DNA of 17,615 nucleotides from an uncultured Deinococcales bacterium (GTDB lineage Bacteria; Deinococcota; Deinococci; Deinococcales; JAAFIG01). The notes below the pieces were generated by a model that did no database searches, was not told the origin of the DNA, and was given only the letters and a program-made list of their open reading frames with translations. The position numbers and the translations under genes were made by a program. The number at the start of each line of letters is the position of its first letter. Position 1 is the first letter of the stretch. The stretch spans positions 1 through 17,615 of the forward strand of contig CAXTTL010000089.1 in NCBI GenBank assembly GCA_964247135.1, read 5' to 3'. Of the stretch, positions 17,053-17,615 are shown in pieces.

Positions 17053-17177
17053 GCCCCTAGGTTACGCCCAAGCGCCAAACTCGAGCGTCCGAATGTCACA
17101 GACGTTTAAAACGATAAAGATGCTCGAGCTTGGTTTAAGGTTTATCGAAGATTGTGCGAAGAAAACTCGAGAGCTTG

Positions 17178-17615
17178 CTAAATATTACTGGGCGTTCGGT
17201 ATTTTTCAAGTCTAGGACTCAGTTTTACAGTCGGATTGGCAAGACAAATAAATCGAACCACCGCTTCAAATTGGGGGGATAAGTCAGTTGGAGTTCCCGC
17301 CATTCCCGAGTCAATCAGGTCTGCCTCTGGTTCGCCGCCCCAAAAATTCTTTGAACCCGCCAGCGATAAAGAAAGATGGGAAACAATGCCTCGGCTGCTG
17401 CTTTCCCAACCAGCAAAATAAATAAACCTGACCTGAGACGGATCAATGGAGCGCCACAACTGACAGGTGGAAATGTTGGCGTAACGGATATGTCGTTTCG
17501 TTGGATCGATATGAATGCGTTGAAACGCTGCCGCCAAACCCATCAAAAAGACCACCAGATTTATGAACAACCAGAACATCAAATTTTCCAAGGGAGGCTG
17601 ATAAAGGTTGCTCTG
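17178..17615 (-). CDS. Hypothetical membrane protein, probably 5'-truncated by the window edge
   Basis: The frame of ORF 17178..17591 stays open to base 17615. It has one TM segment (LMFWLFINLVVFLMGLAAAF) followed by a soluble domain. Confidence 0.55.
   Translation of the reverse strand, partial: QSNLYQPPLENLMFWLFINLVVFLMGLAAAFQRIHIDPTKRHIRYANISTCQLWRSIDPSQVRFIYFAGWESSSRGIVSHLSLSLAGSKNFWGGEPEADLIDSGMAGTPTDLSPQFEAVVRFICLANPTVKLSPRLEKYRTPSNI

Larger units (their letters stand above)
143..17171. repeat. Highly iterated palindrome CTCGAG dispersed across the window
   Basis: About 97 copies by hand count, found in coding regions in several frames and in intergenic DNA. Confidence 0.9.

Noticed and set aside
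17172-17615. CTCGAG-free, AT-richer end as a horizontally acquired island
   Set aside because: The stretch is too short; gaps of similar length occur inside pstA, pstC and pstS.

Overview
This is a bacterial chromosomal window, probably Deinococcota (Deinococcales-like). That call is inferred from the protein types and from -10 boxes sitting directly before start codons. Gene order: a large surface lipoprotein (minus strand, 3'-truncated, absent from the ORF track), a TetR regulator, an amidase, pstSCAB (minus), then a divergent pseudo-receiver PhoB paralog, phoB and phoU with no phoR. These are followed by thrB, a DUF4388-like protein, a receiver/roadblock protein, an ABC exporter pair and a partial membrane protein. 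The most unusual signals are non-coding. (1) A family of ~34-37 bp hairpin elements (IR6-GCCC-loop-GGTGC-spacer-IR6'-AAGA) sits inside GTAG-type REP palindromes at two loci and once inside another family member with compensatory IR changes; a longer ~190-nt structured form lies upstream of pstS. (2) The palindrome CTCGAG is about 20-fold over-represented, reminiscent of cyanobacterial HIP1. (3) Matching Pho-box-like repeats precede both divergent phosphate operons. All counts and alignments were done by eye.
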